From Podarcis filfolensis (lineage: Eukaryota): DNA of 64,000 nt. The notes beneath the pieces are model-generated. The model was not told the origin of the DNA. It saw nothing but the letters and a program-made list of their open reading frames with translations, and did not search any database. Every line of letters begins with the position of its first letter. The first letter of the stretch is position 1. The translations under genes and the position numbers were made by a program. Below, piece after piece: positions 35,061 to 48,123 of the stretch. Location: assembly GCA_964270895.1 (NCBI GenBank), contig OZ185436.1; one strand, given 5' to 3'.

Positions 35061-37287
35061 GAATGGCAAAGCTGAGGGGCAATGGTCTTGTTCAGACATC
35101 ACAAACCAACGATGTTGGCACCATTCCTTGTGCGCTTGCACATTCCTTCTCTTTGTTTGGTTCTCAGTAACTAGTTTGCCATTTTATCAGAATATAAGGC
35201 AAACTATGGTTATCGTAGTATGCCATAGTTTTAATACAAACCAGAATCCCAGTCTGATATGTAGTTTCCAGTTCTTGTTTGGATGCAAACTGTGGTTTGT
35301 AGTTAAGCATAGTTATCTGATTTGTATGCCATGGAACATTATAGTTGTTATATGCTTGTTTGAAAGCCCTTTAAATCATAGGGTCGCTTCCGGCTCTACA
35401 ATTCTATCTGTTCCAACCCCCTGCAATGCAGGCCGCATAGTGTTTAAAGGTCTCAAAGTGGCCTGCAATATAAAAACAATAACACTGTATGATAAAAAGA
35501 GGTGTTCAGTAATAACAGGGTCCAGTGTTGTGGATCAGGGAAGACCTGGTTTGAGACATAGTTCTCACAAACTGGGAAGTGAGGAAGGGAATTGGAATGC
35601 ACAAGAAGAGGGTAAGTATGAGCCTGAACTACTGCCCTGGTAGGCAATCTAGGCCATCTTTGTAGCAAGAAACGGGGCTATGTGGTTCACAGATAATTAG
35701 CATAGATGTGAATTTGCCCTTTACTTGGAACTGTTGTTCTAAAACTACACTGAAACTTGAAACTTTTATCATATTAGTGGAATTCCAATACACTGAAGCA
35801 GTTCTAGGAGATTGCTGGAAAAAAGAAACAGTTTTTATTAGTTTCCTCTTGCTAATTTAAGTTAATCTGTGCTAGGAATCAAAAGTGTTTGGGAGCCAGA
35901 GCCCATAGCTTAATTAATTTCTGTGTTTTATTGTTGCCTGTTGGGGGTTAGCATTCTCTGAAAAAGTTACTGATTTGTAATATTCCTGTGTGATCCAGCT
36001 GGGTTGGATTTTTCTTGCTGGAATAGTACAGTGAATGCACCCCAGGGCACGTTGCAGTTTTACTACTGTTCTTTTGGGATGAAGTGAGTTGAGGCAGTGG
36101 ATGAACACAGTTTTCTTCTTGCCAACACAGTGTAATGGCAAGGTAAGTCTTTAACGATATTTGTCATGCTTTTCTAGATCATTCCTTGGAGACCTGCTTA
36201 TGAGTTTGCTTGATTCCAACAGAGTAAATGCATATTTAGCAGTGAGGGAAAGAGTGACATTAATACTGTTTAGATTTTAAAAGGGCCTTGCCTTTTAAAA
36301 AACGGCTTTTTCATTGCTAAAGCTGGTGAGGAGTCTTCCTGGCAGATAAACAAATGTAAGTGCCCCAGGCCATCTTCTCAATCTGCCTTCATTCAGTACT
36401 GTAGATATCATTGACATCACCAGAATGTCACATACAGATATGATTCTTTCAGCAGTATGAGCCCTTTGGATATACTAACAGTTTGCTGCCTGTAATGGAA
36501 AATGATTCACGGTGAAGTTGGACAGCAGGTGCTGATGTACCAGTGCCGCTCATAAAGAAGTGTGTGTTTTTTGTGGAGATGTAAAGTTTCTATGATGACT
36601 GGCTTCTTTGACCTTGAGGACCACATTCTTTGTACTCAAGAGGGATGCAACTACTGTACATGTTAAGTTATTGCTCATTACAGTGACTGTATATAATTTC
36701 TCCTGAGGGTAGAGGCTGTATCAGCTTTGTAATGTATGTTCATGGCTTGTAAAACATGCAGGGCAATAACATGTAGCCCTTTCTACACCATAAGGAAGCC
36801 GTGCACACTTACAATGTGGTATAAAAACAACAAATGGGGAACGTGGCCTGAACATAGTGGTAAAACAAAATGCTGTGAAGAATGAGGTAATGAGCAATGA
36901 TTTATTCAGTGGAGGATAATTTCAAAATGCAGAAGTAAAAATAGCACAGTGTATTCTTCTAGCTTCTTTTTTAAGAACACCACCTACTCTATATACTAAT
37001 CTTTATGAGAAATCCTGTAATTTTAGGTGGATTTGCTATGACGTACATATCAGAACTATTAATTCTGTCCCACATCTTCATCCTCTTTGAAGGGAAAGGG
37101 AGATATCAAAAGGATGACTGCCTGCATGAGATCTCTCTTTTTGGTCATGTGTAGTCTGTCCTCGTGACTCTGAAATGGCTTCGTTGTCTCTTCCTCAACT
37201 GTGCTGTAGCAAGTTGCAACAGAATATTTATCCAAGAAGGCGAAGTATAGTTGCTCATTCTCTGCCATTTTTTCCTCTGCCTTTCAG

Positions 37288-37450
37288 GTTTTGTTACCAG
37301 CAGCCAGCCTATTGCAGCTAATGGATGTTCGACAAAACTGTTGTGACTTTCTTCAATCTCAGCTCCATCCCACGAATTGCCTTGGTATTCGCGCCTTTGC
37401 AGATGTGCATACTTGCACTGAACTGTTGCAACAGGCCAACGCCTATGCAG
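37288..37450 (+). CDS. KLHL3: KLHL3 exon 5
   Basis: [54 protein letters not shown]; 163 nt. Confidence 0.97.
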
Positions 37451-39410
37451 GTGATCAAACATGCCTCCAAGTTGTCTCTTGTTTTGAAATATCGATGCCT
37501 GGAGGACAATTTCCTGCTTGCTTCCTCATAAGCAAAGAATGAGGGAGGAGGCAGAGAAGCAGATGATTGAATCTACTTAAAAGGGTAGAAATACTTAGAA
37601 TTTTTGTCATTTTCAAAATCAGCTGCTGGTTCCAGTTTTGTACTGAGATGCAACAACATTTTCTATGTTACTAAAGCCATAGTTTGATGTACCTGCTCAT
37701 CCTGGACTTTATACTGCCTTTGGTAGCATCCATGATGGATACAGGAGGACTGCACTAGCAATGTTATGTGTCCCCTACCCTCTATTATTTGGAAATGTTA
37801 CTGATTTTCAAAATATGAATCGGATCTATGCCCAGTGGGCAGGACAGAAATACAGAGCCCAGGAACATCTTTTGGCTGTCTGTTAAATTTTTGATAGTCT
37901 TCAGATAAAGTGTTTCCAACACATAGGCTTAAAATTCCTTACAGTGAAGCAGGCTCTTGCTCTCTGAGATGTTAGACCTACTTTCAGTTGGCCGCCTTCA
38001 CAGTGACATTTGCAGTTGTGCTTAGAAACACAGTGATTAGAAAATGGCAGGTGTTAAATAAGATAGCCACTTAATGCAGCACCAGAAATAGATGAAATGA
38101 GTAACTGCAAAAGAGGGCACAGGAGAACACAGTCATTTAAAATTTTCATATGCTAATGTATATGTACAGATGCAAATTTAGAAATAATTACTATAATTTA
38201 AATAGAAATACAGTGTATTTCTTCATAACGAGGAAGATGGTGACAAATGCATCCAGGCACCAACAATTGATGGGCAACTTCAAGGTCTTGCCATTCTCTT
38301 TTATTTAAATCAGACTTGGACCAGACCATCCTTCAAATAAAGGACTGTCCTCTGACAACCCTTCAGATATAGGACAGGCCTCTAGGAAGTAGTACAAATA
38401 TGGCCACCCTAGAATCAAATTACTTGCAAATCCAGATGAAACCTTTTCAGTCACTTGCTTGCAGCATAATAAGGAAAGGAGAAACTGGTGTCTGGGACAA
38501 ATGGCTCACTCTTCAAGGTTTGATTTTTAGAATTGTTTAATCTTTAACCAGGCAAGTATTGCATTCAGTTTAGATCTGGTAATTATAAGAGCTGCTTTTG
38601 TTGTTTTATTGGCCCTCATGAACCCTTTTACTTCAGAATCCTATGTTAATGAAAAGTCATTAAAAAAATGCTATCCAAGTTCTTTGGCTATACATTAACT
38701 GGGTCAAACAAAATATCTGCATGTTAAAAGTGAGTAAGAGGGAGCAGATGAGGTCACTTACTAGAAAAAAAAAATCGCCTTTGAAAAAGTGACTTAAAGC
38801 AAATGACATGGGCCTGCTAAGTGTAAGTTTCTGCCTTTGCAAAATTATTATCGCACTCCTACATTTCTACCCTAAAGGGTGGCCTGTAGACCAGTGTATT
38901 GTGCATGGTTTGGCTGAGATCTGTTTCTGCAAGGGCCACCTGCTGGCAAATACAGGGATGACATTTCAATAGCTAATACAGAACTCCACCTCTGTAGCAG
39001 GCAGCTTCCCAGGCTATTACAGGCAACTCTGAGTGCTTCTGCCCATAGGAAAGCTGCTTTATACTGAGCCAGGGCCACTGGTCCATATAACAGAATTGCA
39101 AACACTTATGACAGTAGTGTTTCAGACAGGAGTGACCTTTGGCAAGCAATGTATGTGCGCTACCCCAAGGTACGGGCTTGTTGTTTTTGAATACGGAGAT
39201 TCATGTGCACAACAGCAGACAGTGCTTGGCACTGTGGCTGTGGAGCTGTCCCTCTTTCCTTGCTTGTGGTAATTCTGTGCAGGCTATGTCATTCTTCTTC
39301 TTATTATTATTTCACAACATAAAATTGCAATATAATTTACTGCTTCTACTAGTCCCTTCTTTAGACTCATTGTAACCTTCATTTTCTCAACTTTTGGTTG
39401 TTTTGAACAG

Positions 39411-39520
39411 AGCAGCATTTTCCTGAGGTGATGCTTGGTGAAGAATTCCTTAGCCTTAGCCTAGACCAAGTTTGCAGTTTGATATCAAGTGACAAGCTAA
39501 CCGTTTCATCAGAAGAAAAG
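39411..39520 (+). CDS. KLHL3: KLHL3 exon 6 (BACK domain)
   Basis: EQHFPEVMLGEEFLSLSLDQVCSLISSDKLTVSSEEK; 110 nt. Confidence 0.97.
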
Positions 39521-39702
39521 GTTTGGCCTGCTGCACAGTCTGTAATGCAGAAATATAACAATATTGCAGTGTTTTCAGCAAAAGAATGACAAAATATATG
39601 GGCACTAGAAGCAGATAGTCCCCAATATTTCCAGAAATAGACACATTTTTTCAAAAACATTTAAGGTGGCGCTTCATTGGGGGAACCGTGTGTATCTAGA
39701 GC

Positions 39703-39830
39703 AACAGTGGAGAACCTGTGGCCTCCAGATGTTGTTGGACTATGTCTCTCATTGACCATCGGCTGTTCTGGCTGGGGCTGATGGGAATCCAGCAGTATCT
39801 GGAGGGGTTCCTGGTTTAGAAACTGCTGTC
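39703..39830. mobile_element. Small palindromic squamate MITE (hAT-like)
   Basis: cagtggagaacctgtggcctccagatgttgttggact...gtatctggagggg. Confidence 0.6.
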
Positions 39831-39936
39831 TTGGATCAAGACAGTCAAACAAGCATGCTGAACCACCTGTCACTCAGGAAAAAGCATTTTAAGCACAGTT
39901 AAATAAGCTTTATGTGATTACTTAAACTTTCTGATA

Positions 39937-40173
39937 CAGTGGTACCTCGGGCTCCAAACACCTCAGGTTACAAACAGTTCAGGTTACAGATTCCGCTAAC
40001 CGGGAAGTAGTATCTCGGGTTAAGGACTTTACCTCAGAATGAGAACAGAAATCACACAGCGGCGGCAGCAGCAGGAGGCCCCATTAGCTAAAGTGGTACC
40101 TCAGGCTAAGAACGGTTTCAGGTTAAGAACAGACCTCCAGAACGAATTAAGTTCGTAACCAGAGGCACCACTG
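39937..40173 (+). mobile_element. Tc1/mariner (Tigger-like) MITE
   Basis: TA|CAGTGGTACCTC...GAGGCACCACTG|TA; 237 bp. Confidence 0.9.
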
Positions 40174-41719
40174 TATTGATCACTCTTATTTGGAGGTAAG
40201 CAATGAGGGCTGCTGTATACATTGGCCCCTTCCCACATGCTAAATGGCTTAGTCCTATCCCACATAAGAATGTTTAGTGGCTTAGTTTTACAATCCCAGC
40301 CACAGACTGTGTTTTGTTTTATTTCTAATAAACCACAGTCATTTATATTGGTTACTGTGCAGAGAACAAGTCTTGTATAGACACACAAGATGTCTTACTG
40401 TGTTGTATTAGCATGCTACTATACAGACAGATAAAAGCTTCAGTGTCAGAAGTAAAATAAAAATAAAAGTCTCTTTCCTTCCAGTCTATTTTTAATGATT
40501 TGGGAAATAGTTTTAAATGTTTATTTTATTATTTCACTTGCACACTGATCTCTTTTCAAAGAGCTTGCATATGGTTTCCAGGCAGGTTACAGTTCAGCAG
40601 GACTGAATCACCTGCCTTTAGTATAACTCTGGTGCAAGTGCAAAACAGCAAACTGAACAATAGTTTAAAATAAAGTGAGTATGGTACTTCTTAAAAATAA
40701 AATAAAAATCTGTCCCTTTAATAGCTTGTTCCAAATTAAATTTGCCCCATGATATATTAGCTTTAATTTGTACATACTTGTGATTAAAAGCCTCTGCTTC
40801 TTGTGGTCAAGAGCAAAGGTGGAATTCTGGAAAGGGTAAAATGTGTAAATTAAAGGAATGTGATATCTGGTAACCCAGGAAGGTTATGACTGTTGTACCC
40901 TAAGGAAAGATTTGATGCAGATGAAGTCACAGAGCACCTAAATGCAGCTAAGTATCTTGTGCAGTGGGGAAAGGAAGGACAGTTCTTCAGCAGACACTAA
41001 TTAAGTTGAAGGGGTGAGAAGACACACAGGTCAAAGTTCCCAATTCTAAAACAGAGTTAAATGAGCAATTAATTAACCTTCTGTAGATAGTACAGCAAGC
41101 TGAATAGAATGCAATTAGCGCCACTGTAAATTTAATGCCCCATCCCTAATTTACATTGGCCAGACGATACGGTTTTTAAAAAGTGCCAACGCATTTATGT
41201 GCACAAATGCCATCACCACTTAAGTCCAAAAGTCCCAGCTGGCCTATGCGTTCCATTACATAGTAAGTCATCAGAACATCCTTTCTCTTGAATGTTCCTT
41301 CTCATGCCCATGAGTATCATAAATGTTTTCAGTTGGAAGCTTCATGTCATGAAAGACTCCCATTGAAACACATATTTCAAGTTGTCGGGCATTGGACTGA
41401 GCTCAACAAAAAACAGCATTTAAGTTGTGCAGTACTTATATTCATGGCATTAGATAGTCTTTGTGGTTGGGATTGTACAGTAAACATTTAATACAAAGTT
41501 TGTTGGACCCTTCAGAATGCAGAAAATCATACAGTCACAATAAAATAAGCCAGTTTTGATTCTTTTTAAATCCATCTTTTTATCATATCTTCTTGCTTTT
41601 GAAAATATCTTTAGTTGGTTTTTCCAAACCTATTTCATTACTTGCTGAACCTCTGCTTGAGGTTGGATTTAACGGTTTATGTCCCTTTTAAAAGGCAGGT
41701 GTTTTATTGCTCTTTCCAG

Positions 41720-41836
41720 GTGTTTGAAGCTGTCATTTCTTGGATAAATTATGAGAAAGAGTCTCGCTTGGAACACATGGCTAAGTTGATGGAACATGTC
41801 CGCCTCCCTCTCTTGCCCAGAGATTACCTTGTACAG
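41720..41836 (+). CDS. KLHL3: KLHL3 exon 7
   Basis: VFEAVISWINYEKESRLEHMAKLMEHVRLPLLPRDYLVQ; 117 nt. Confidence 0.97.
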
Positions 41837-42938
41837 GTTAGTGTTCTTCTAGTCTCTACAGCACTAAAAGTTTAATAATATACGCTTGGGCTGCTTGTTT
41901 GTGGCTTGCCATCAATCAAAAGAACCTTGGATAGCCTTTATAATTATGTGTGTGCCATCCTAGCAGATAAACATGTTCTGAATCTCCTTTTCACTTGAAG
42001 GTTCTGCGGGGCAGAGAATGAGAGCTAACCTTGTCCATAATAACTGCTGCAGCGTAAAGCTGTCATTTTTGTGTCCTGATAATATAGAAATTTGGGATAT
42101 TTGTCTTTAGCAGATACATTGTTGAGCTTGCTTCACTGATAGATCAAGTGGGGAAGCACTGGAGAAAAGTACTGCCAGTTTATGCGAAGATAGCCATTCT
42201 CTTTGTTTAGTATCGACATGCGCACTATAGTTATTTCCAAGCTTTTCTTTTCACAGAACTGTTTTTTTTCCCTTTAAAAAAGATTCCAAATTTTTAAAAA
42301 GAACCTGGGGATTGGAGCTGCTGACACACAACCTTGCATATCTCCTTGTCGTTTCATTACTGTCGGTTTCTGAAGTTGTGTGAATGTTTTGATTCCTTAA
42401 AATACCATGTCTGGAACTGCTAGTGCAAATTAATCTTAGTCACAGTTCAATTATGCAGCTGAACATTCAAAACACAGTCTTTTGCATTGTTGACTTCTAA
42501 AGGAGAAGGAGCCCTCTGCATTTGTGGAACTCTGTCTTTTCTGGATTGTGACTTGAGCCCCAAAAATGTGAGGTTTTGGATTGCTGCCACTGTGGGGTGT
42601 GTGGGTGTGTGATATCTCAAAGCTTTGGTCTCCCAAGCTTGTATTAAGTAGTGTTGTAAATATTTTAAGATGGGATTGCTGTAGTTATGCACTAATCAAA
42701 ACATTTATACTAAGCTTGCACAGTTTAACACAACACAAGCATTACTGCACAGTTGAAGTAGATAATATTGTAGTGAGTGAAATAGGGGAGTGGGATAATG
42801 ATGTGGAAGAAGCAGTTTGGGGTTTTATTTCTACTGCTACACTGAAATCATGAATGAGCATTATAGCGGCCTGCTAGTGACACTTTTTAAGAAGTCTGAT
42901 AATAGCCATTGTACTAATATCTTTGTTGGTGTCTTCAG

Positions 42939-43088
42939 ACAGTTGAAGAAGAAGCTTTAATCAAGAACAATAACACATGTAAAGATTTCCTTATTGAGGC
43001 CATGAAATACCACTTGCTTCCTCTGGATCAACGGCAGTTGATAAAGAATCCTAGAACAAAACCAAGGACCCCAGTCAGTCTGCCAAAG
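42939..43088 (+). CDS. KLHL3: KLHL3 exon 8
   Basis: TVEEEALIKNNNTCKDFLIEAMKYHLLPLDQRQLIKNPRTKPRTPVSLPK; 150 nt. Confidence 0.97.
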
Positions 43089-43359
43089 GTAAGCTATTTT
43101 TTATTTGCTGAAATACCCAAGATGATGGTCACATGTCCCCTTTACATGGATGGCCATATGCACAGTGGTTAGAATTGCATGATCATTCCCCCTTGAAGGA
43201 GGATTGGGTGTATGCAGACATATCTGCACACAGTGTTCATTGCCCTTTTGCACGCATGAATGTCCATTAAATTGTCAGCATGTTGGAAAGAGACTTACCA
43301 CTTTGACCTGGGTAAATGGTTCAACTTTGCTGAAGTTCCTATAGGTGGTAATGGTGGTA

Positions 43360-43599
43360 CAGTGGTACCTCAGGTTACATACGCTTCAGGTTACATATGC
43401 TTCAGGTTACAGACTCCACTACCCCGGAAATAGTGCTTCAGGTTAAGAACTGCTTCAGGATGAGAACAGAAATCATGCTCCGGCGGCGCGGCGGCAGCAT
43501 GAGGCCCCATTAGCTAAAGTGGTGCTTCAGGTTAAGAACAGTTTCAGGTTAAGAACAGACCTCTGGAACGAATTAAGTACTTAACCTGAGGTACCACTA
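43360..43599 (+). mobile_element. Tc1/mariner (Tigger-like) MITE
   Basis: TA|CAGTGGTACCTCAGGTTA...TAACCTGAGGTACCACTA|TA; same family as 39937. Confidence 0.9.
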
Positions 43600-44069
43600 T
43601 ACATGTTTTGTTTTTGTTTTTTTGACTGGGGCATATGTGAATCAACCCATGGAAGATGTTTATTAACAAACCAACAGTCCTCTTAAACCATTGCTAGAAT
43701 AATTTCTTACCAAACAGAGAAACGTTGCAGTTTCATATTTTGACAACTACTGCTACTCCTATTCTAGTTTTTCTATTAAAGCTGATTCAAAACCCATTGC
43801 AACCAGCCACTGTTCCATAAACTGGGCTCTGCCACACTACTGCATGGAGAAATGCCAGTCAGAGGCATTGTGTGATTTTCATGGTGCAAAGGAAGCAAAA
43901 AGGGAAAGGTTGCTCTGTTGTGTGTTGTTATATCCCAGATGGTGTTGGGATATTGGGTTAAAGTGGTGCCCAAAGCAAACAGCCAGTAAAGGAGCACTAT
44001 GGTTTTAGTACGTCCATGTGTTTTGAAAACTTTGCCATTTTGAATGCAGCTAGGTTTATGCACGCATAC

Positions 44070-44071
<2 letters not shown>

Positions 44072-44110
<39 letters not shown>
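44072..44110. repeat. (TG)19 microsatellite
   Basis: Read directly from the sequence. Confidence 0.95.
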
Positions 44111-44112
<2 letters not shown>

Positions 44113-44113
44113 A

Positions 44114-44255
44114 CAGTGCTTTTTTGCCTGTGGGGACGCAGGGTTATGCATACGCCTAAACGTTTTATCTAAGTTTGGCCTCATTGAGGGGCAGTATTTC
44201 AATATGAGTAGGAAAATGAGAGTACCCCTAAACATTTTTTAAGAAAAAAGCACTG
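44114..44255 (-). mobile_element. hAT MITE (CAGTGCTTTTTT TIR)
   Basis: TIRs at both ends; reverse complement is highly similar to 62975-63108. Confidence 0.85.
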
Positions 44256-44768
44256 TGTATGTATATATAATCTAAGCAAACACAGAGCCATTAAATGCTT
44301 GTTCAAGTAATTCCCTCCCCCCATTATCATGGGAATTATAATCTCCCTATGTTAAAACTAGGCTCTCTTGATACTAAGCACCATCAGCGTTTCCATTGTT
44401 CTTAGAATTTTCATATCATTGCTAGGCTGTTATCACACGCTTTTATTAAAATGTAGCTCTTCTGGGATCTGAACTAATTACCTTTTGCAAAGGAAGCTAG
44501 ATAATCTGTGAAAGCTAGAGTACATAGGCTTTGCCCAAAGGCTTCAATCAGTATTTTATCCAATAATGTATTGACTATACTTCCAAGTTCAATATCATGC
44601 AAATGCCAACTTCTCATGCATCTGAAGTAAACTCTGCTTTTTTTTCCTTGGGTGAGTTCTCACATAGCTGATGGTGTCCTATTGCCATTGAAGGCCCCAA
44701 ATAAGATCAAGGATTTCTGTTTGCTGTTGAAAATGCTCTCATGATAACTTTTCTCCCTTCCTACCAAG

Positions 44769-44886
44769 GTAATGATGGTAGTTGGTGGGCAAGCACCTAA
44801 AGCCATTCGGAGTGTAGAGTGTTATGATTTTGAGGAGGAGCGATGGGATCAAGTTGCTGAACTTCCTTCTCGGAGATGTAGAGCAG
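44769..44886 (+). CDS. KLHL3: KLHL3 exon 9 (Kelch 1)
   Basis: VMMVVGGQAPKAIRSVECYDFEEERWDQVAELPSRRCRA; 118 nt; AAG acceptor. Confidence 0.96.
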
Positions 44887-45009
44887 GTAAATATTTTCCC
44901 TATTAAAAAAAATAGCCTCAGTCATAATCACAAAAAATATTTAGGACGGATTTTATATATTCAGTTGAATTTTAGGCTATACAGTAAAACATTAGAGTTA
45001 GCCCTTGTC

Positions 45010-45200
45010 TGTTAACAGATCCAGGCTCTCTTGAATGAGACTGATTTTCTAGATCTATTTCATTTGGTGTTTAGGCCTGGTTTTGGCATGGAACATACCT
45101 CTGTCACCCTGTATAATGGCCTTTGTTGGGAGAGAGACAGGGGGAGTGCAACCCCATTGATTCTGCTTGATCTCTCGGCAGCTTTTGCTATGTTAGTTGT
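45010..45200 (+). mobile_element. L2 reverse-transcriptase fragment
   Basis: FRPGFGMEHTSVTLYNGLCWERDRGSATPLILLDLSAAF resembles the L2 RT GFRPG...LLDLSAAFD motif. Confidence 0.75.
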
Positions 45201-45754
45201 GTCTGGCAGGCAGTTATGCTTGTTTTGATAGAACAATCTCCTCAGCGCTCTGTTGAATTCCACCCAGTAATAACAGTCTCATGTACTTCAGCAGCCAGCA
45301 AGAGCCATTTCACATATCAATACTTTTGTGTAAGCTGAACTTACATAGCATGAGTGCAACAAATGTGATTTCAGATATTGTGCTCTATTCCCCTTGTTTG
45401 AGCGTACATTTGTTGGCAAACTCAGCCTTTTTTATGTAATGTATGAAATAGTGAAATGCTTCACTATGCTAATGGTGCCATATGAGGCCATAACATTTGA
45501 AAGCTTGCTTTTCCCATGGATCAGACCTATTGAATAGAGATATTCTATGTCGATGCCAGGCTTACCCTCTCATAGACTTGATTCATGAAACAAGCAGCAT
45601 TCAAACTTTACAGGTTCCATATGTAGTTGTCACCATACTGGAATATTGCTTGGTGACCTTCCTGAAGTTCTGGTAGGAATAAGAGAAAGAAAATAATTGT
45701 CCTATAGGCATGACCTGCCTTCCATTTTTCTGACTCCCAATTTGTTTTTAACAG

Positions 45755-45952
45755 GTGTGGTATTCATGGCAGGCAAAGTCTATGCTGTGGGAGGTTTTAA
45801 TGGCTCTTTACGAGTCCGAACAGTAGATGTATATGATGGAGTGAAAGACTTGTGGACGTCAATAGCCAGCATGCAAGAAAGACGAAGCACTTTAGGGGCA
45901 GCTGTGCTAAATGAACTCCTCTATGCTGTTGGTGGATTTGATGGAAGCACAG
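45755..45952 (+). CDS. KLHL3: KLHL3 exon 10
   Basis: GVVFMAGKVYAVGGFNGSLRVRTVDVYDGVKDLWTSIASMQERRSTLGAAVLNELLYAVGGFDGST; 198 nt. Confidence 0.97.
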
Positions 45953-46465
45953 GTAGGTTTCTAAAACAAAACTGGGTGAATGCTGTTCATATCTTTGCTC
46001 TTAAACACTTTACAAGAACCATAGAACTTCCTTTGAATTCAGTGCTCCTGATGCTACATTTCAAATCTTCTTTATAAAACAACAAAACAAAAACCTTTGT
46101 TACAGCCTGTTTTATTATGTCTGGCTTAGTTTTCTGCAGTGGATGGAAAAAATTCTTGGGTGGGTTGCACTTCCCAGTCATTTTTTCAGTGCATGGTTGT
46201 TGAGTAATCACAAGTGATGAGAACTGGGGTGGTATTTTGAGATACAGATTCTCAGTGCAAAATTATTAGTATTGGGTTTAGTGTCCAGTTCCTGATCCTG
46301 AAGTAGTCTCAACCTGCTTCCTTTCCCCTTTTTGTCTTGGAAAGATTAAGACAAGAGTATGCCCTGGAAAAATTAAGTCAGGATGGTAACTGTGACAAAG
46401 GAGGGATTATACTCTGCTAAATTAAGGATGTAGAAAACTTGCCTTAATATTATTTTCAAAAATAG

Positions 46466-46567
46466 GTCTTGCATCTGTGGAAGCATATAACTATAAGACC
46501 AATGAGTGGTTTTTTGTGGCACCTATGAACACAAGAAGAAGCAGCGTTGGAGTTGGGGTCGTGGAAG
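46466..46567 (+). CDS. KLHL3: KLHL3 exon 11
   Basis: GLASVEAYNYKTNEWFFVAPMNTRRSSVGVGVVE; 102 nt; retains the RRSS motif equivalent to the human S433 phospho-site. Confidence 0.97.
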
Positions 46568-48123
46568 GTAAAGACAGCAAACTGCTGTATTGGCCGCAGC
46601 AGCACAGTTAAGTGTGATAGCCTAGCAGCAAGCACTTTTTTAAAGACAAAAAATTAAGGCAGTTAACATTGTTGGACTACACTGCGTGTTCCAAAAATCA
46701 CTCTCCCATCTTGAATGGGAACAGGCTGAGTACAGCAGTGATTGAGACACGCTTAGTTGTTAAGTTGTGGGGGTCCCCCCCCTTCTCTACTGCTTTGGGA
46801 AGTTTATCTTAGTGTTTTGCCATCTGGCCTGGCAGGTATCAAGGCACTGGGAGGAGGGACAAAACCTAGTCTGTCTAGTCTGCACTGATGCCGAGTATGC
46901 CTCACCCATAAAATCACTGAATTCTGTAAGTTTCAGCAATGTCAATCTCACAGTTCTGCCTAGGTCCTAAACCAGGAGTCAGGAATATTTTTCAGCCCAA
47001 TGCCAAGCACCACATTCTTATGGACTATCTTATGGGGGGGGGGGGGCTGTATGCTACTGGTAGGTTGGGCAATAGATGTGACCCTTACCTTTCTAGATTT
47101 TTCTCCTTACACCCCCATATCTCTCCATCCAGGCAAGCAAGAGGCATTGTCACAGTTTAAGGAAAAATTCCACCTTGACAAATGCATTTTAAGTGGGTGC
47201 AGAGTAGGGCTAGCAGCAGATGTGACCTAGGAAGAGTCCTGAGGGCCATTTAGGGTCCTTGAGTCCCTGGACCCCAGATTCCCCCCTCCTGCCTTACACT
47301 GGTTTTCCATGTGCCACTCGATATGATCCGCTAACCAGAGTAGCTGTGGAAACCTAGATGGGTGGGGTATAAATAATAAAATTTTTATTATTCACAATAC
47401 AAAATTTAATGAATTGAGTGTGAGCCACTTCGTTACACTCAGTGTGAAGAAAACTGGAAGGACTATCAATGGCTTTTTCCGTGGCTCTGTGTCTCCATCT
47501 TGTGGGAAATAGATGTTTCACATCTTCTGAAGCTGGGAGATGTGCAAGGTTTGTCAGGAATTTGGGGATTTTTTCATATATAAGTTCTGACAATGATTTT
47601 AAACCCTTTTTCTGTGCCCTCAGAGAAGTCATCCCAACTATCCTTACCTAAGCATTTCCCCTGCTAAATGGTTCTCTATATTTCACTGTGGAAGCTTGGT
47701 ATGACGCTTTTCCTATTTCCGGAGGTTTTTTGTTGGATTTTTAAATACGGATGGCCGAAAAGGTCTTCTCCCCAAATGAAACTTTGGTAGAAAGAGCAGG
47801 GTTTTAAAGGGATTTGCACTTGATCAAGGAGAAGTACATTTTCACCCGTTTTGTAACATGGCAAATAATGGAACAACCTTCTGCAGCGAACTATCCTTGA
47901 GAACATCTCACTTAGCGAGTGTTTGTTGATCTGAGCATTTGGTATACATGATGGTCAACTGAAACATGTTATATGTACAGGTATTTATCAAGCTAGTAGG
48001 CGGCTATCACAAAAGGATTGTGTAATTGACATGGTACAAATGATCAGTGATGAAATGTTCTGAAGTGCGAATATTCCCAACTGCTCCTGTTGATGTTCAG
48101 TGCTGCATATTCATTTTTTCTAG

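Noticed and set aside
35020-35643. 207-aa ORF in intron 4
   Set aside because: TTG start, begins in a (GT)n microsatellite, composition typical of non-coding DNA.
47680-47930. Slightly CpG-enriched intronic block, possibly an ancient transposon or conserved element
   Set aside because: No TIR, TSD, ORF or internal match to support a call without a database search.
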